Virus record (IMG/VR): IMGVR_UViG_2660238384_000003
Coordinates: 1-64,000 of that record
Reading direction: 5' to 3' (one strand)
DNA: 64,000 bases
DNA from: an uncultured virus (IMG/VR IMGVR_UViG_2660238384_000003)
Lineage: Duplodnaviria; Heunggongvirae; Uroviricota; Caudoviricetes
Below the pieces are notes generated by a model. It was not told where the DNA came from. It made no database searches and saw only the letters and a list, made by a program, of their open reading frames with translations. Position 1 is the first letter of the stretch; each line of letters starts with the position of its first letter. This document shows, piece by piece, positions 1-9,800 of the stretch. Both the position numbers and the translations under genes were made by a program.

Positions 1-149
1 ATGTTCACCGCCTTCGCCTTCCGCGGCCGCCAACCTTATACCGTTCGCCGGAACACAGCCCAGGGCGCGACCTTGCGCCCGAAACTGGCGAACCGGCCGG
101 ATGCGCCGGTTTCAGCCGGGAAGTCCTGAACTGCGGAGCGTCTACGGCC

Positions 150-371
150 TCATTGGCAACGGATCACGCCGCTGGCGATTTCGTCGTCGATGGAGCGCAG
201 CGCATCGGCATCCTGGTGCATCTGCTCGATCACCTCGAGCAGGCGCTGCGCCAGCTTCGGATCGTTCGCCCGCTCGACGGCGCGCATGACCTCGACCGCA
301 GCCGATTCATGATTGTTCGCCATCTGCTTGAGAGCCTTGCGCAAGCGCTGCTCGGTCCATTTCATCGACAT
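150..371 (-). CDS. Host hypothetical helical protein downstream of the tRNA cluster
   Basis: 73-aa ORF with protein-like amphipathic helical composition; lies outside the att site. Confidence 0.6.
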   Translation of the reverse strand: MSMKWTEQRLRKALKQMANNHESAAVEVMRAVERANDPKLAQRLLEVIEQMHQDADALRSIDDEIASGVIRCQ

Positions 372-525
372 GTCGCTTCACCCAGACTGCATATACGGAC
401 CCGCCAGGAACGACAGGCTCGCTTAAGAGCGCCGGACCCGGAACAAGTTCAACCTGCCGTCGCGCCCATGAGGGCGGATTGGGTACCGGAAAGGCAAACG
501 GAGAAGAGATCGTGAAGCGCAAACG

Positions 526-554
526 AAAACGCCAGGCACAAGGCCTGGCGCTTC
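526..554 (-). terminator. Rho-independent terminator after tRNA-His
   Basis: Minus strand GCGCCAGGC-CTTGT-GCCTGGCG-TTTT immediately 3' of the tRNA CCA. Confidence 0.8.
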
Positions 555-560
555 GAAATA

Positions 561-637
561 TGGGGTGGACGATGGGAATCGAACCCACGACACCAGGAGC
601 CACAATCCTGTGCTCTACCAACTGAGCTACGCCCACC
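561..637 (-). tRNA. tRNA-His(GUG)
   Basis: Reverse complement GGTGGGCGTAGCTCAGTTGGTAGAGCACAGGATTGTGGCTCCTGGTGTCGTGGGTTCGATTCCCATCGTCCACCCCA: D-arm, GTG anticodon, GTTCGA T-loop, encoded CCA. Confidence 0.97.
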
Positions 638-702
638 ATATCGTGAATCGTGCCGGACGTTCCGGCTTCAACCGCAGCGGCCGGACAAGCCGAGCCTGAA
701 GG

Positions 703-719
703 TGGTGCGGACGGAGAGA
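703..719 (-). mobile_element. Prophage att core: duplicated 3' end of a tRNA-Leu (TCTCTCCGTCCGCACCA)
   Basis: Matches, from memory, the 3' 17 nt of Pseudomonas tRNA-Leu(TAG), which normally precedes tRNA-His; identity stops inside the T-loop and the rest of the tRNA is absent. Confidence 0.8.
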
Positions 720-734
720 ACCGAACCAACCACG

Positions 735-799
735 CAAGACCTTGATTTTCAAGGCGAAAAAGAATCTATCAAAAGCCCAATGTACTAGTCAATGTACTA
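735..799. promoter_or_regulatory. att arm: IHF site (735-747) and tandem arm-type repeats CAATGTACTA (778-787, 790-799)
   Basis: Minus strand AATCAAGGTCTTG fits WATCAANNNNTTR; exact 10-bp direct repeat beside the att core. Confidence 0.6.
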
Positions 800-874
800 T
801 TTCGTTTTCGCTGCGAAATTCTACATTCAAGCCACAGAAACTGCCACTACGACCCTAACAGCACCTGCGGCCCA

Positions 875-1120
875 TCACTCGTCTGCTTTCGAGAACTTGT
901 CTCGTCGAAAAAAAAGGTCAACCCCAAGGATGCCAAGGCAAATCCCCAAGATATCAAGACCAAAGCCTGCCAACTTGACCGAGGAGAATCGAAGAATAAG
1001 CACCCAAGCCGCAACAAACACAGCGATCCCAAGCCACTTACGGACCTCCCTGTTACGTACTAGGTGACCGACTGCAACAATGACTACAGTCCAGATGGCG
1101 AACTGGATGACATCATTCAT
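875..1120 (-). CDS. Small three-TM membrane protein (cargo)
   Basis: 81 aa, three hydrophobic segments; start overlaps upstream stop (ATGA). Confidence 0.7.
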   Translation of the reverse strand: MNDVIQFAIWTVVIVAVGHLVRNREVRKWLGIAVFVAAWVLILRFSSVKLAGFGLDILGICLGILGVDLFFRRDKFSKADE

Positions 1121-1605
1121 GCAGGTTCTCCAGCACTCTGGACGATCTCCGACTTGACAGAATGCTGGGGCCCGATCCCGCCGGCCACCTCCCCTTCAAC
1201 GCTGATAATGACGTCTCCAGCGTGGTAGGTCGGCAAGGTCTGCTGAGTAGCCCAACGAACTGCGAGGCCGCTGCCAACCCCAACAAAAGTGTTGATGCGT
1301 TTACCGGCGACACCCGCGACCATACCGACCATACCAGCAACGGTGACACGCTGCTGGTTCAGAGAGTCAGCCTGAGATCGGGTCAAGGGCAGCGAGACAA
1401 AGACTCTCAGTACGCAAGGTCGATCCTTCGCCTGCATCCTGTCGAAAATCTCAACCGCAAGATCAGCCACTGCATGGCTGGCCTTCGCTGATGGACAGTA
1501 TTTCATGTGAAGCAGCCGGCTGCGCTCCGCCCACGCGAGACGAATGATCGCCAAGCTGAAGTTGATGCCGTGCTGGCTGTGAATGTGCGTCCGTTCGATA
1601 TCCAT
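1117..1605 (-). CDS. Hypothetical protein with a glycine-rich hydrophobic hairpin (cargo)
   Basis: Start MDIERT after GGAAGGA; segment VAGMVGMVAGVAG...VGVGSGLAV. Confidence 0.65.
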   Translation of the reverse strand: MDIERTHIHSQHGINFSLAIIRLAWAERSRLLHMKYCPSAKASHAVADLAVEIFDRMQAKDRPCVLRVFVSLPLTRSQADSLNQQRVTVAGMVGMVAGVAGKRINTFVGVGSGLAVRWATQQTLPTYHAGDVIISVEGEVAGGIGPQHSVKSEIVQSAGEPA

Positions 1606-1709
1606 AGCGTTCCTTCCGTGCTTCGAGCGCGCAGTTTCGATAGCCAGAAACACCACAGCCACTAGCAGAACAGCTAGCTCTCAACATCCACGCCCAGACG
1701 GAGTTGGCC

Positions 1710-1976
1710 TCAGCGCTCCGCTTCGTAGGCTGCTACGCCTGAGCCGACGGCGATCCATCCATCCGGCGAGTGCGGGCTTTCGCAGATCGACACTTCCACT
1801 GCCTGGCCCTCTTTGGGCTCGGCTGGAAGTATCGCCGCAGTGCGCCGGAGGTCGTTCGAAGACGGCGCGAACGTGCTTTCAGAGCAGTGGAACGCCCATA
1901 TTCCGTGCTTTCCAGAACTACCTATCTGGCGATCCAACTTCAGGGTCCACTTGCTTTTCAGCCGAATCACCAGCAT
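1710..1976 (-). CDS. Phage hypothetical protein (MLVIRLKSKW...)
   Basis: 88-aa ORF with GGAG RBS. Confidence 0.65.
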   Translation of the reverse strand: MLVIRLKSKWTLKLDRQIGSSGKHGIWAFHCSESTFAPSSNDLRRTAAILPAEPKEGQAVEVSICESPHSPDGWIAVGSGVAAYEAER

Positions 1977-2013
1977 CACCGAGCTCCGTAGGAAAAGGCC
2001 GTAGTCTACAACT

Positions 2014-2406
2014 TCATGGGCACACCATGTTCCCACCAACGAGCTCGCACGCCGGCCCACCACTCGCCGGGAAGTGAGTATTTCCAGCGCCTCGGTTGTA
2101 CCTAGCCCCGTTGCTGTCCCAACACCCACTTTCATCACAACTGGTGAGGACTCCTGGTGCTGCAGGTATCGTCGGTGCTCGCGTTGCGCTGCCACCGGCC
2201 GGCGCGGGCGTAGCAGGTATAGGGACTGAAACACCCGCGCACAACTGCGCGGCGGCGGCAAGCTGAGCAGAGGTCAGCCCTCCTCGAGATCCGGGATAGG
2301 GAGTCGATGCCTCTTTGCAAAGTCTTTTCCGCTCACGCTCTGAATCGTTGTCGCCCCCGACGACGTTGACTTGAACGCCAGACCGCACCGAGCGGCTGCC
2401 AGCCAT
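2014..2406 (-). pseudogene. C-terminal part of a Cys/Pro-rich secreted-type protein, apparently 5'-truncated
   Basis: Paired Cys and Pro/Ala linker (SCDESGCWDSNG...CELVGGNMVCP); no RBS or signal peptide at the available start. Confidence 0.4.
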
Positions 2407-2482
2407 CGGCGATGGCCTCGGTCATGAAGCGCTCGATCTGGTCGATAGGTGCCTTGAGCACCCGATATGCGGTGTAGGCCAT
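2333..2482 (-). pseudogene. Short or 3'-truncated ORF with DUF1737-like start (MAYTAYRVLK...DGWQPLG)
   Basis: Strong RBS GGAGG; GWQPLG motif followed by a junk-like basic tail. Confidence 0.4.
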
Positions 2483-2492
2483 GGTTTCCTCC

Positions 2493-3014
2493 CTACGGGG
2501 TCGGCTCTTGGGGAATCAACCGGGCGCGACACGAGTTGTAGGCCGCGCTCAGGGTTTCGACTTCGCTCAGGGAGTCGTTAAAGCGTCGAGAATTTTCTTC
2601 CGGTAGTAGCCCGTAGGCCGAGGCGGCGTCTCCTGCACGAGCTTCGGCGGTGCCGGCTGCGTCACCTGCGGCGCCACCACTACAGCCCCCACCTGCGGCG
2701 GGGACGATGCGCACGCGCACAGGGCGGTCGCGCAGCTCACCAGCAAGGCGAGCGATTTCAGCTTTAGCATCGGCATCCTTCCTTTCCTGGTCGGCGGCCT
2801 GCTTGTTCAGGGCCGCCTGTTTCATGTCGCGCTGGGCGGTCAACTCGGCCAGCTTGTCGGCGGCCTCGCGGTTCTGCCGCTTCATCTGTCCGACCAGTTC
2901 ACCGTACTCGCGCACCATCGACACACGTCCGCCGAGATAACCCAGGCCGACCAGCAGCGCCGTGGCAAACAAGGCCAGCAGCGCGCCGACTATCCATTCC
3001 TTGATGGCACCCAT
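2493..3014 (-). CDS. Rz-like inner-membrane spanin
   Basis: N-terminal TM plus coiled coil, directly after the endolysin. Confidence 0.85.
   Translation of the reverse strand: MGAIKEWIVGALLALFATALLVGLGYLGGRVSMVREYGELVGQMKRQNREAADKLAELTAQRDMKQAALNKQAADQERKDADAKAEIARLAGELRDRPVRVRIVPAAGGGCSGGAAGDAAGTAEARAGDAASAYGLLPEENSRRFNDSLSEVETLSAAYNSCRARLIPQEPTP
2567..2776 (-). CDS. Rz1-like outer-membrane lipoprotein spanin embedded in Rz
   Basis: Alternate frame inside Rz; lipobox-like ALCAC, Pro-rich mature part. Confidence 0.75.
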   Translation of the reverse strand: MPMLKLKSLALLVSCATALCACASSPPQVGAVVVAPQVTQPAPPKLVQETPPRPTGYYRKKILDALTTP

Positions 3015-3017
3015 GCG

Positions 3018-3545
3018 TCACTCCTGCGCGGCGATGCACTGCGCATGCCGCTTTTGTTGGCGCGTCCACACGCCCTTGCAGCCCTGCGGCCCCCAGTTCT
3101 TCGGCAGCGAGCAATCGCGCCCGCCCTGGTTGCGCCACTTCAGCAGGTCATCACAGGCCTGGCGGTAGTTGCCGGCCAGCAGGTCGCGGCGCATCGAGCT
3201 GCCACGCCAGTTGGTGATGCCGAACTGCCCCGTGAAATCCAGGTACAGGTCGTATTCCTCCTGGAACAGCTTCACGCCAGGCAGCGAGTCGCGGAACTGC
3301 TGTTCGTCCTTCGCCATCAGGTTGCGCGCCAGTTGTTCGCCGCGCTGGCGGGTGATCGGCGGATCGGTCAGCTTCACCGATTGGCCATTCTCGTAGCGGG
3401 TGGAGCCGTAACCGATGGTCGGAACGTCGCCCTTGGTCGGCACGTATGGTTTCGCGCTGAAATCCTCCGACTTCATCCAGGCGCCGAAGCCGGCCAGGCT
3501 GACGGTCAGCGCGGCAACCAGCACGCGGTTACGGCTGTTCGACAT
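3018..3545 (-). CDS. SAR endolysin, GH24 lysozyme
   Basis: N-terminal hydrophobic SAR segment; E...D..TIGYGST catalytic region; C-terminal GVWTR. Confidence 0.9.
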   Translation of the reverse strand: MSNSRNRVLVAALTVSLAGFGAWMKSEDFSAKPYVPTKGDVPTIGYGSTRYENGQSVKLTDPPITRQRGEQLARNLMAKDEQQFRDSLPGVKLFQEEYDLYLDFTGQFGITNWRGSSMRRDLLAGNYRQACDDLLKWRNQGGRDCSLPKNWGPQGCKGVWTRQQKRHAQCIAAQE

Positions 3546-3785
3546 CGCAACGCCCCGGATGGCCTCGATGCGGGCAGCGCTCTCGGCTGATTCGCGGCGG
3601 TCGCGGCGAACCTGGAAATAGATATTGGCCAGCAGACCGATGACGGCGACAAGCACGCCGATCAGCCCCACCCAGTTGATCTGCGCCAGCCAGCCCAACG
3701 CGCCCGCAAGGGCGCCAGCCAGCGTGGTCTTGTTGGCCACCGAAACGCCCACCACCTCTACCGCCATTCCGGCCCTCTCCGACAT
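3529..3785 (-). CDS. Holin (one apparent missing G near 3555 fuses it to the endolysin in the ORF track)
   Basis: Two TM segments and a basic tail; adding one G gives an 85-aa protein ending IRGRCDVEQP. Confidence 0.8.
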
Positions 3786-3879
3786 AACTCCATCCTCCAA
3801 AGGCCGGGGCATCACGCCCCGGCTTCTTGGGCAGGTAGTTTTCGGTACAGCCAGAGAACGGCAAATCCTTACAGGGGGT

Positions 3880-6800
3880 TCAATCCAGCGTTGCGCGGGT
3901 GCGCTCCAGATCCTCTCGCATCTGCTGCCGCATCGCTTTCGGTGCGGTCTTCGCTATCCGTTCGTCCTTCGATAGCGACATTTCGCGGACTCGTCGCATG
4001 ATGTCTGGCACTCGGATGGCCATTGGCTGGTCAGGGTTGCGCCGATTCCAGTCGGCTATTGCTTGCCGCGCGCGCTCAACCTTGCCCTGGTCTTTCTCGA
4101 AGATGCCGGCCGCCCACATGCTGCGAATCTCCTGGGCTTTCAAGTTGTAGAAGGCCTTTGCTTTCTGGTTGAGCATGTTGGCCCCTTGGATAGTGGCTAC
4201 GCTGGCCGGCTGGAAGCCGATGGACTTCATAGCGGCCTCGAGCACGTTGGTGTCGAGCACCTTGTAGCCCTTGGCGTCCCTGTACATGCCAGTGGCCAGC
4301 ATATCCACGCCTTTGGCCGCATTTCGCACCGCGCCCGGCGACATCTCCAGGATACCGCTGCCGATATCACCTCCCAGCACCTTGCGAGTACCACTCGCTA
4401 TTCGGCTGGCTAAGTCTCCCATCGGGCCAGCTATTTCCAGGACGTCTCGCGTATGGCTGGTCTTTTCAGTTAGCAGACCGGTTCCGGGTATCAGGTTCCC
4501 CATACCCAGCCGGCCCGATACATCGAGCGGAGCCCCAGGCAGCCCGGACACCCCGCGATCAATGAAGTCGGCAAGCACCCGACCGAACAGACTTTCCAGA
4601 AACTCCTGTTTGGCCTTCGCGGTAGAAAAGTTGTAGCCCATGAGTTGCGCCGCACCGTCGATCAGGTCTTCGGCGTCTTCGGCGAACGGCAAGCCACCGG
4701 CGCCGCCGACGAGCAGCAGCATGCCGATCATCAGGGCAGCAGCCTTCCGACCGTCCTTGCGCTCCTGCGAACCAGGCTCACCCTGATTCCACAAGCGATG
4801 CATCAGCTCAAGATAGGCCACGCTGTACGTCTTGAAGGTCATCAAGGTGCCGCCGACGGCACCACGCCCCCAGCGCATCTTGCTGGCCTTGGAGTATACG
4901 AACTGCGTCTCGCGCACGGCCCGGCGCGCGAACTCATCAGGATTGGCCATGTTCTGCGCTTTGGCGATGCGATACGACGCGATGTAGGTCATGCGGCGGT
5001 TGATCTGCTCTGCGGCGCCGAACAACTTGCCCCAGGCCATCGACAGGCGCGCCACGCTGTTGGACGCAAGTGCTCGAGCATCACCCAAGCGCGTCCCGTC
5101 CCCCGCGCGCAGCGAGCCGCTGCCGCGGGCCTGCGCCATCAACTGGTGGACCTCCTGCGGGGACACCACCCCATCATCCTCGGCGCGCTTTAATGCCCGG
5201 GCCAGGTCCGGCTCGAACTGATAGGACCGATGCGCCATCTGACGTGCTGCACGCCCCAGTTCCGTCGCAGCGCGCTTCACCCCGCAATACTGACTCAGCC
5301 AGGGAAAAGTCACTTGGACCGGTTGGGTCATGTTGACGAAGGCAGACGCGACGGAGCCGCCGAGGTACTGTGCAAACAGCAGTCCGCGCACCGCCTGCCC
5401 CTCCTCTTGCGGGTTCTTGATGTAGTCGGCCAGCCGTACCGCGGCGTCCTTCAGTTCGCCCTGCGCCTGCGGGATGCCGTTCACAGCCTCGGAAAGGTCG
5501 CCCATGTGCAGGCCGGCGGCGGTTTGCCGCGCATTGGAGTATACGAACGAAGCCAGTACCCGCCCTACGTCCTCGCTATAACCAGCGATGCCCTTTCGGT
5601 GAATAAGCCGGCGCATTGCGCTGCGGTTGGTCTTTGTCAGGCGCAGGTAGTCTTGGAAAGCCTGATCACGTGCGCTATCGCCCTGTGAGTCGAAACCGAG
5701 GGCGTTGCCGAACAGTTCCAGCGTTTCCGGTGTGATGCCAGCGAATAGCTTGTACGCTTCCTCGGACAGGGTGCCCTGGCTCACGGTGGCGCCAGGAAAC
5801 GCGCCACGCATCTGCTCGGCCATCTGGTTGGCCTCGCGCTTCGTCTCGAACAGGCTGAAGTATTCACGCTGACCATCCTGACCCACCACGTCCACTGTGT
5901 ACTTGCCGAAGCGCGACAGCGGTGCATAGCCTTCGCCCTGCAACTGGGCGACCTTCTCGGCGCGATCCGTCATGCCGTGTGCCAGGTTCAGCAGGTTCGT
6001 GGCGCGTTCCGGCCATGCATCAGCCATCTGCGCCAGGTGGTCGCGCAGTATCGCGGCCCCCTCCTGCGCATCGGCCGCGTCCATCACCTGGTCGCGCAGT
6101 TCCTTCACATCCTCGCCGCCGAAGCGCAGCATGTCGGCGCGGGCCATGGTGTCCAGGCTACGGTCGGTGGCGGCGCGGAACTCGCGGTACAGCGCGACCT
6201 GAGCATCGTTGAGCTTCCATATGTCGCGCAGCTCAGCGTCGGTCCAGACGATGCCTGCCTTGAGCATCTGCGCCTCGTAGCGGCTGTCGATCATCTTGGC
6301 GAACTGCTCGGGGCTCAGGCCGCGCCAGGCGCGCAGCAGTCCCTCGGGAATCTTGCCCTGCTTCAGCAGGATGTCCGCCTTCTCGTCGGCCGTCAGACGC
6401 ATGGCGCGCTCAGCCAGCGAATCGACGCGCACCGGCTTGCCGTCCACGTCGCGCGCCCACATCAGCGTGCCCTCGAATACCGGCTTGGCCACCGCCTTGT
6501 TGTCCTCAGCGCCCACCGGGGACTTTGCGATGTCGCGCCAGGTTTCCAGCTTCGGCAGCAGTTTCGGCGCCAGATCAGCCGCATCGCTGGCGTAATAACT
6601 CACGTCATCGATAAATCCTTGCGCCGACTCGAAGACCGGTTTGAATGCCGGGGAACGCTCTGCGAGGTTGTACATGGTGCCGATGGTCTTGTGCCACCAG
6701 GACAGGCCTCCCGGAGCGCTGAAGGTCTTGTTCAGTTCGGCGGTAGCCTTGCTGGTGAGTTCGCGCAGACCGGAGCGACTGAACTGCGGACCTTCGGGTT

Positions 6801-9800
6801 CATTCAGGCTTGCGGTCAGCAGCCGCTGGAGTACACTGGCTACGTCTCCTGAACTGGACGAGCCGGAAGGCTGCACTGCCATCGTGGCATCAGCACCGGA
6901 TACTCGACGGTTCAGGAGATATTCTTTTGTGGCCACCGAATGCAGATACATGCGCTGCATGTTCGGATCGCGGCGCACCAACACGGTCACGATGTCATCC
7001 TTATCGTCGATCACCACCGGCGCCGATACGTAGAAACTATCCCCCTTCTCATAGTCCGCGCGGTGAACCACCACACCTCGCTCCAGCACGTCCTTGACGG
7101 CCGCGAACGCCGAGAACTTGTATGGGTTGGCCTTGCCATGCGCCATCGAGTCGCGCACAGCGCGCATATCCAGCACCACGTCGCCCAGGTCCGGGTTCAC
7201 TGCCTTGCCACCTTGAGACTCGAATAGCTTCGCCGCCCACTCGCGAACCGCAGCGAAGCCCTGTGGTGCTTCATTCCCCTCCAGGATGGCCACCGGCGGG
7301 CCTTGCAGCACGCGCGCCTTTCGCATGTCGTCCTGGCTCATGGCTAGGCCGTCGCCCCGTACCCGGCCTTCGGCGGCGCTTTCCACACCAGCCATCGCAT
7401 ATCGCACCAGATCGTCCACGCTGATACGGCCAACCGGCAGACCGTGGCGCAGCATCCACTGACGGATGTTGGCCAGGAACCTACGCAGGAAGTCACCCAC
7501 CTGCTTGCCCAGCGCACTGTCTACCCAGGACAGGAACCGGCTATCAGCCTCGGCGAACCCCTGCTCTCGCCCTTCAATAACAGCCTGCTCCACGATATAC
7601 GGAGCGGCCTCCTTCATGTTGCGGCTCTCGCCGGACTCGATCATGCGGCTGGCCACACGGTCCAGGAAGGTGCGCAGTTCGGCGCTCCGCACGTTGCCGC
7701 GATTCATCAGCATGGCGTGGGCAGCCTGGTCGAGATTCTGTCGCTGCTGGCCGTGAACCATTTCGTGAAGCACCACGGCCGGGGCGGTTACCGGATTCAG
7801 GTTCGGGCCGACCAGAAAAGTTAGACCTGATCTGGCATCGTAGAAGCCATTGATGCGCCCGCCATCCTCAAACAGTTGAACGGCATCGCTCAGTGCGGTA
7901 CCGGATTTCCGCGCGTAGGTGTGCGCGATGCGCAACGGGTCGGCGCTGTCGATCACCACCAAGCCGCCCCGTTGTCCTTCCTTGCCGCGCTTCAGCATCT
8001 TGCGCACAGCCTGGCCCAGGGCTGGGAACTGCAGGTCGAAAGCACGCACCAGGCTTTGCGAGGTCATCGGCGGACGCCCCGTCAGGTTCTGCGGCAACGG
8101 GCCATTCTCGATGTCGCGGCCATTGAACGACACCAGCACCTGACTTGCAGGGATGTCCGCCGACTCATCGGGTGCAATGTCCCGGCGCAGGCGCGGCGTC
8201 ATTTTCAGCCGAGCCTGCGTGTTGCGCGCCTCCACCTCTCCAGCCAAACGACGATAGGTCGCCGCACCAGTCTTGTCGAAGTTGCTGACGAAAGCCCTGG
8301 CCGAGCCACCCATGGCGAAACCTTCCCGGATCTGTATCGCATGCTGGAGTTCGTGCAGGATCGCCGAGGCAACCTCGGTGCGCGGCATGTTCGCCTGAAC
8401 CTCAACTTGGTTACCAGTGGCGAACCGGCGTAGGCGAGCCAGCGCAGTGACGCCCTCTGGCATCACTGCCACCGGGATACGCTGCAGGTCAGGATATGCA
8501 GCGAACAGTTGAGGATGGTTGAGCACATCGCCGACGGTCGGTCGACTGCGCTCGTCGTTGATGGCATTGAGGTGGGCCATATTGATGATGGCGCCAGCAG
8601 TCTCACCGGCCACGGCGATGCTGGCCTGATGATCGCTGATTTCGAAGCGCCACTTGCCATCAGCGCTACGGTGCCAACCGGTATCTCGGCGAACGGCCTC
8701 GGCGTTTTCGCCAATGGCGATGCGCTGCTGTGCGGTGCTCAGGGCATGCAGGTTGGCGCCGACGGCATTGCGGCCGGCGAACGAGTACTGCACGGGCGGT
8801 TGTTCGCCGGGCTGCGGCGCTGCCGACTCTTCGGCTGCCGGCTTGTCAATCACCACCATGCGCGCGTTCACGCCGGTATTGACGGGTAGCGCCGGGTCCA
8901 TAAACGAACCTTCCGGCAGCCGTTCACTGGTGGCCCCCAGGCCGTCCAGCCAGGCACGGAAGTTCTCGGCGGCCTTGTTGCTCTGGAAGAAGGCGCCTTC
9001 GCCCATGATGGCAACCAGGCGGCCGCCGGGCTTCAGCAGGCTGTAGGCGTGCTGTACGTGCTGGATGTCGCGCCCCTTGGAGAATGGCGGGTTCATCACG
9101 ATGCGGTCGTACTGCTTGCTGGACACGTTCATGAAGTCGGAGCCGACCAGGTTGTAGCCCTTGGCCTCCAGCAACTCGCGACGTTCGCCGGAAAGCTCCA
9201 CCACATCGGGCTCCACGCCGGTCTGTTCGCGGATCGCGTCGGCCATATGGCCCATGCCGGCGGAAGGCTCCAGCACGTCCATGCCTTCCTGGATGTCGGC
9301 GGCGTCGACGGCTTCCTCGGTGACGGCGGCCGAAGTCGGGAAGAAGTCCAGTCCGTCATTTCGACGGCCGATCATGGACCGTTCCATTTCCCTGATCTTG
9401 TCGGGCTCGGCGGGCGCCTCGCGCAGCGCTACGAATTCGCGCAGTGCAGAGCGGTACTCGCTGCCGGTGAGGATGCCCATGCTCTCCAGGCGCTTGCGCT
9501 TTTCGTGCGCGCTCTCCAGCGCCCACGGAACGGTGATCTTGCTGCCACTGCGCCGGCCGAGGGCCTGCACCAGTTCGCCGCCGAACTCGCCGGACAGCGT
9601 GATGCGCTTGTCGCCGTCGCCCTGCCAGAGGCCCAGCTTCATGGCTTCGCTGGGGGCCATGACGATGCGGTTCTGCCCGCGTTTCACCGGAAGCACGATG
9701 GCCTTGCCGGTGAGGCCGGAGCGGCGAATGGCACGCTCGGCATCCTCGCGACTCTTGAAGTCGGCGAACTGGTCACCGCGGGTGAAGCGGCTGACGGACA

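Noticed and set aside
1710..1976. Anti-CRISPR locus
   Set aside because: No aca-like HTH gene or acr promoter palindrome nearby, and no Acr sequence that I recognise
3018..3815. Apparent holin-endolysin fusion protein
   Set aside because: One added G restores a normal holin stop overlapping a separate SAR endolysin start
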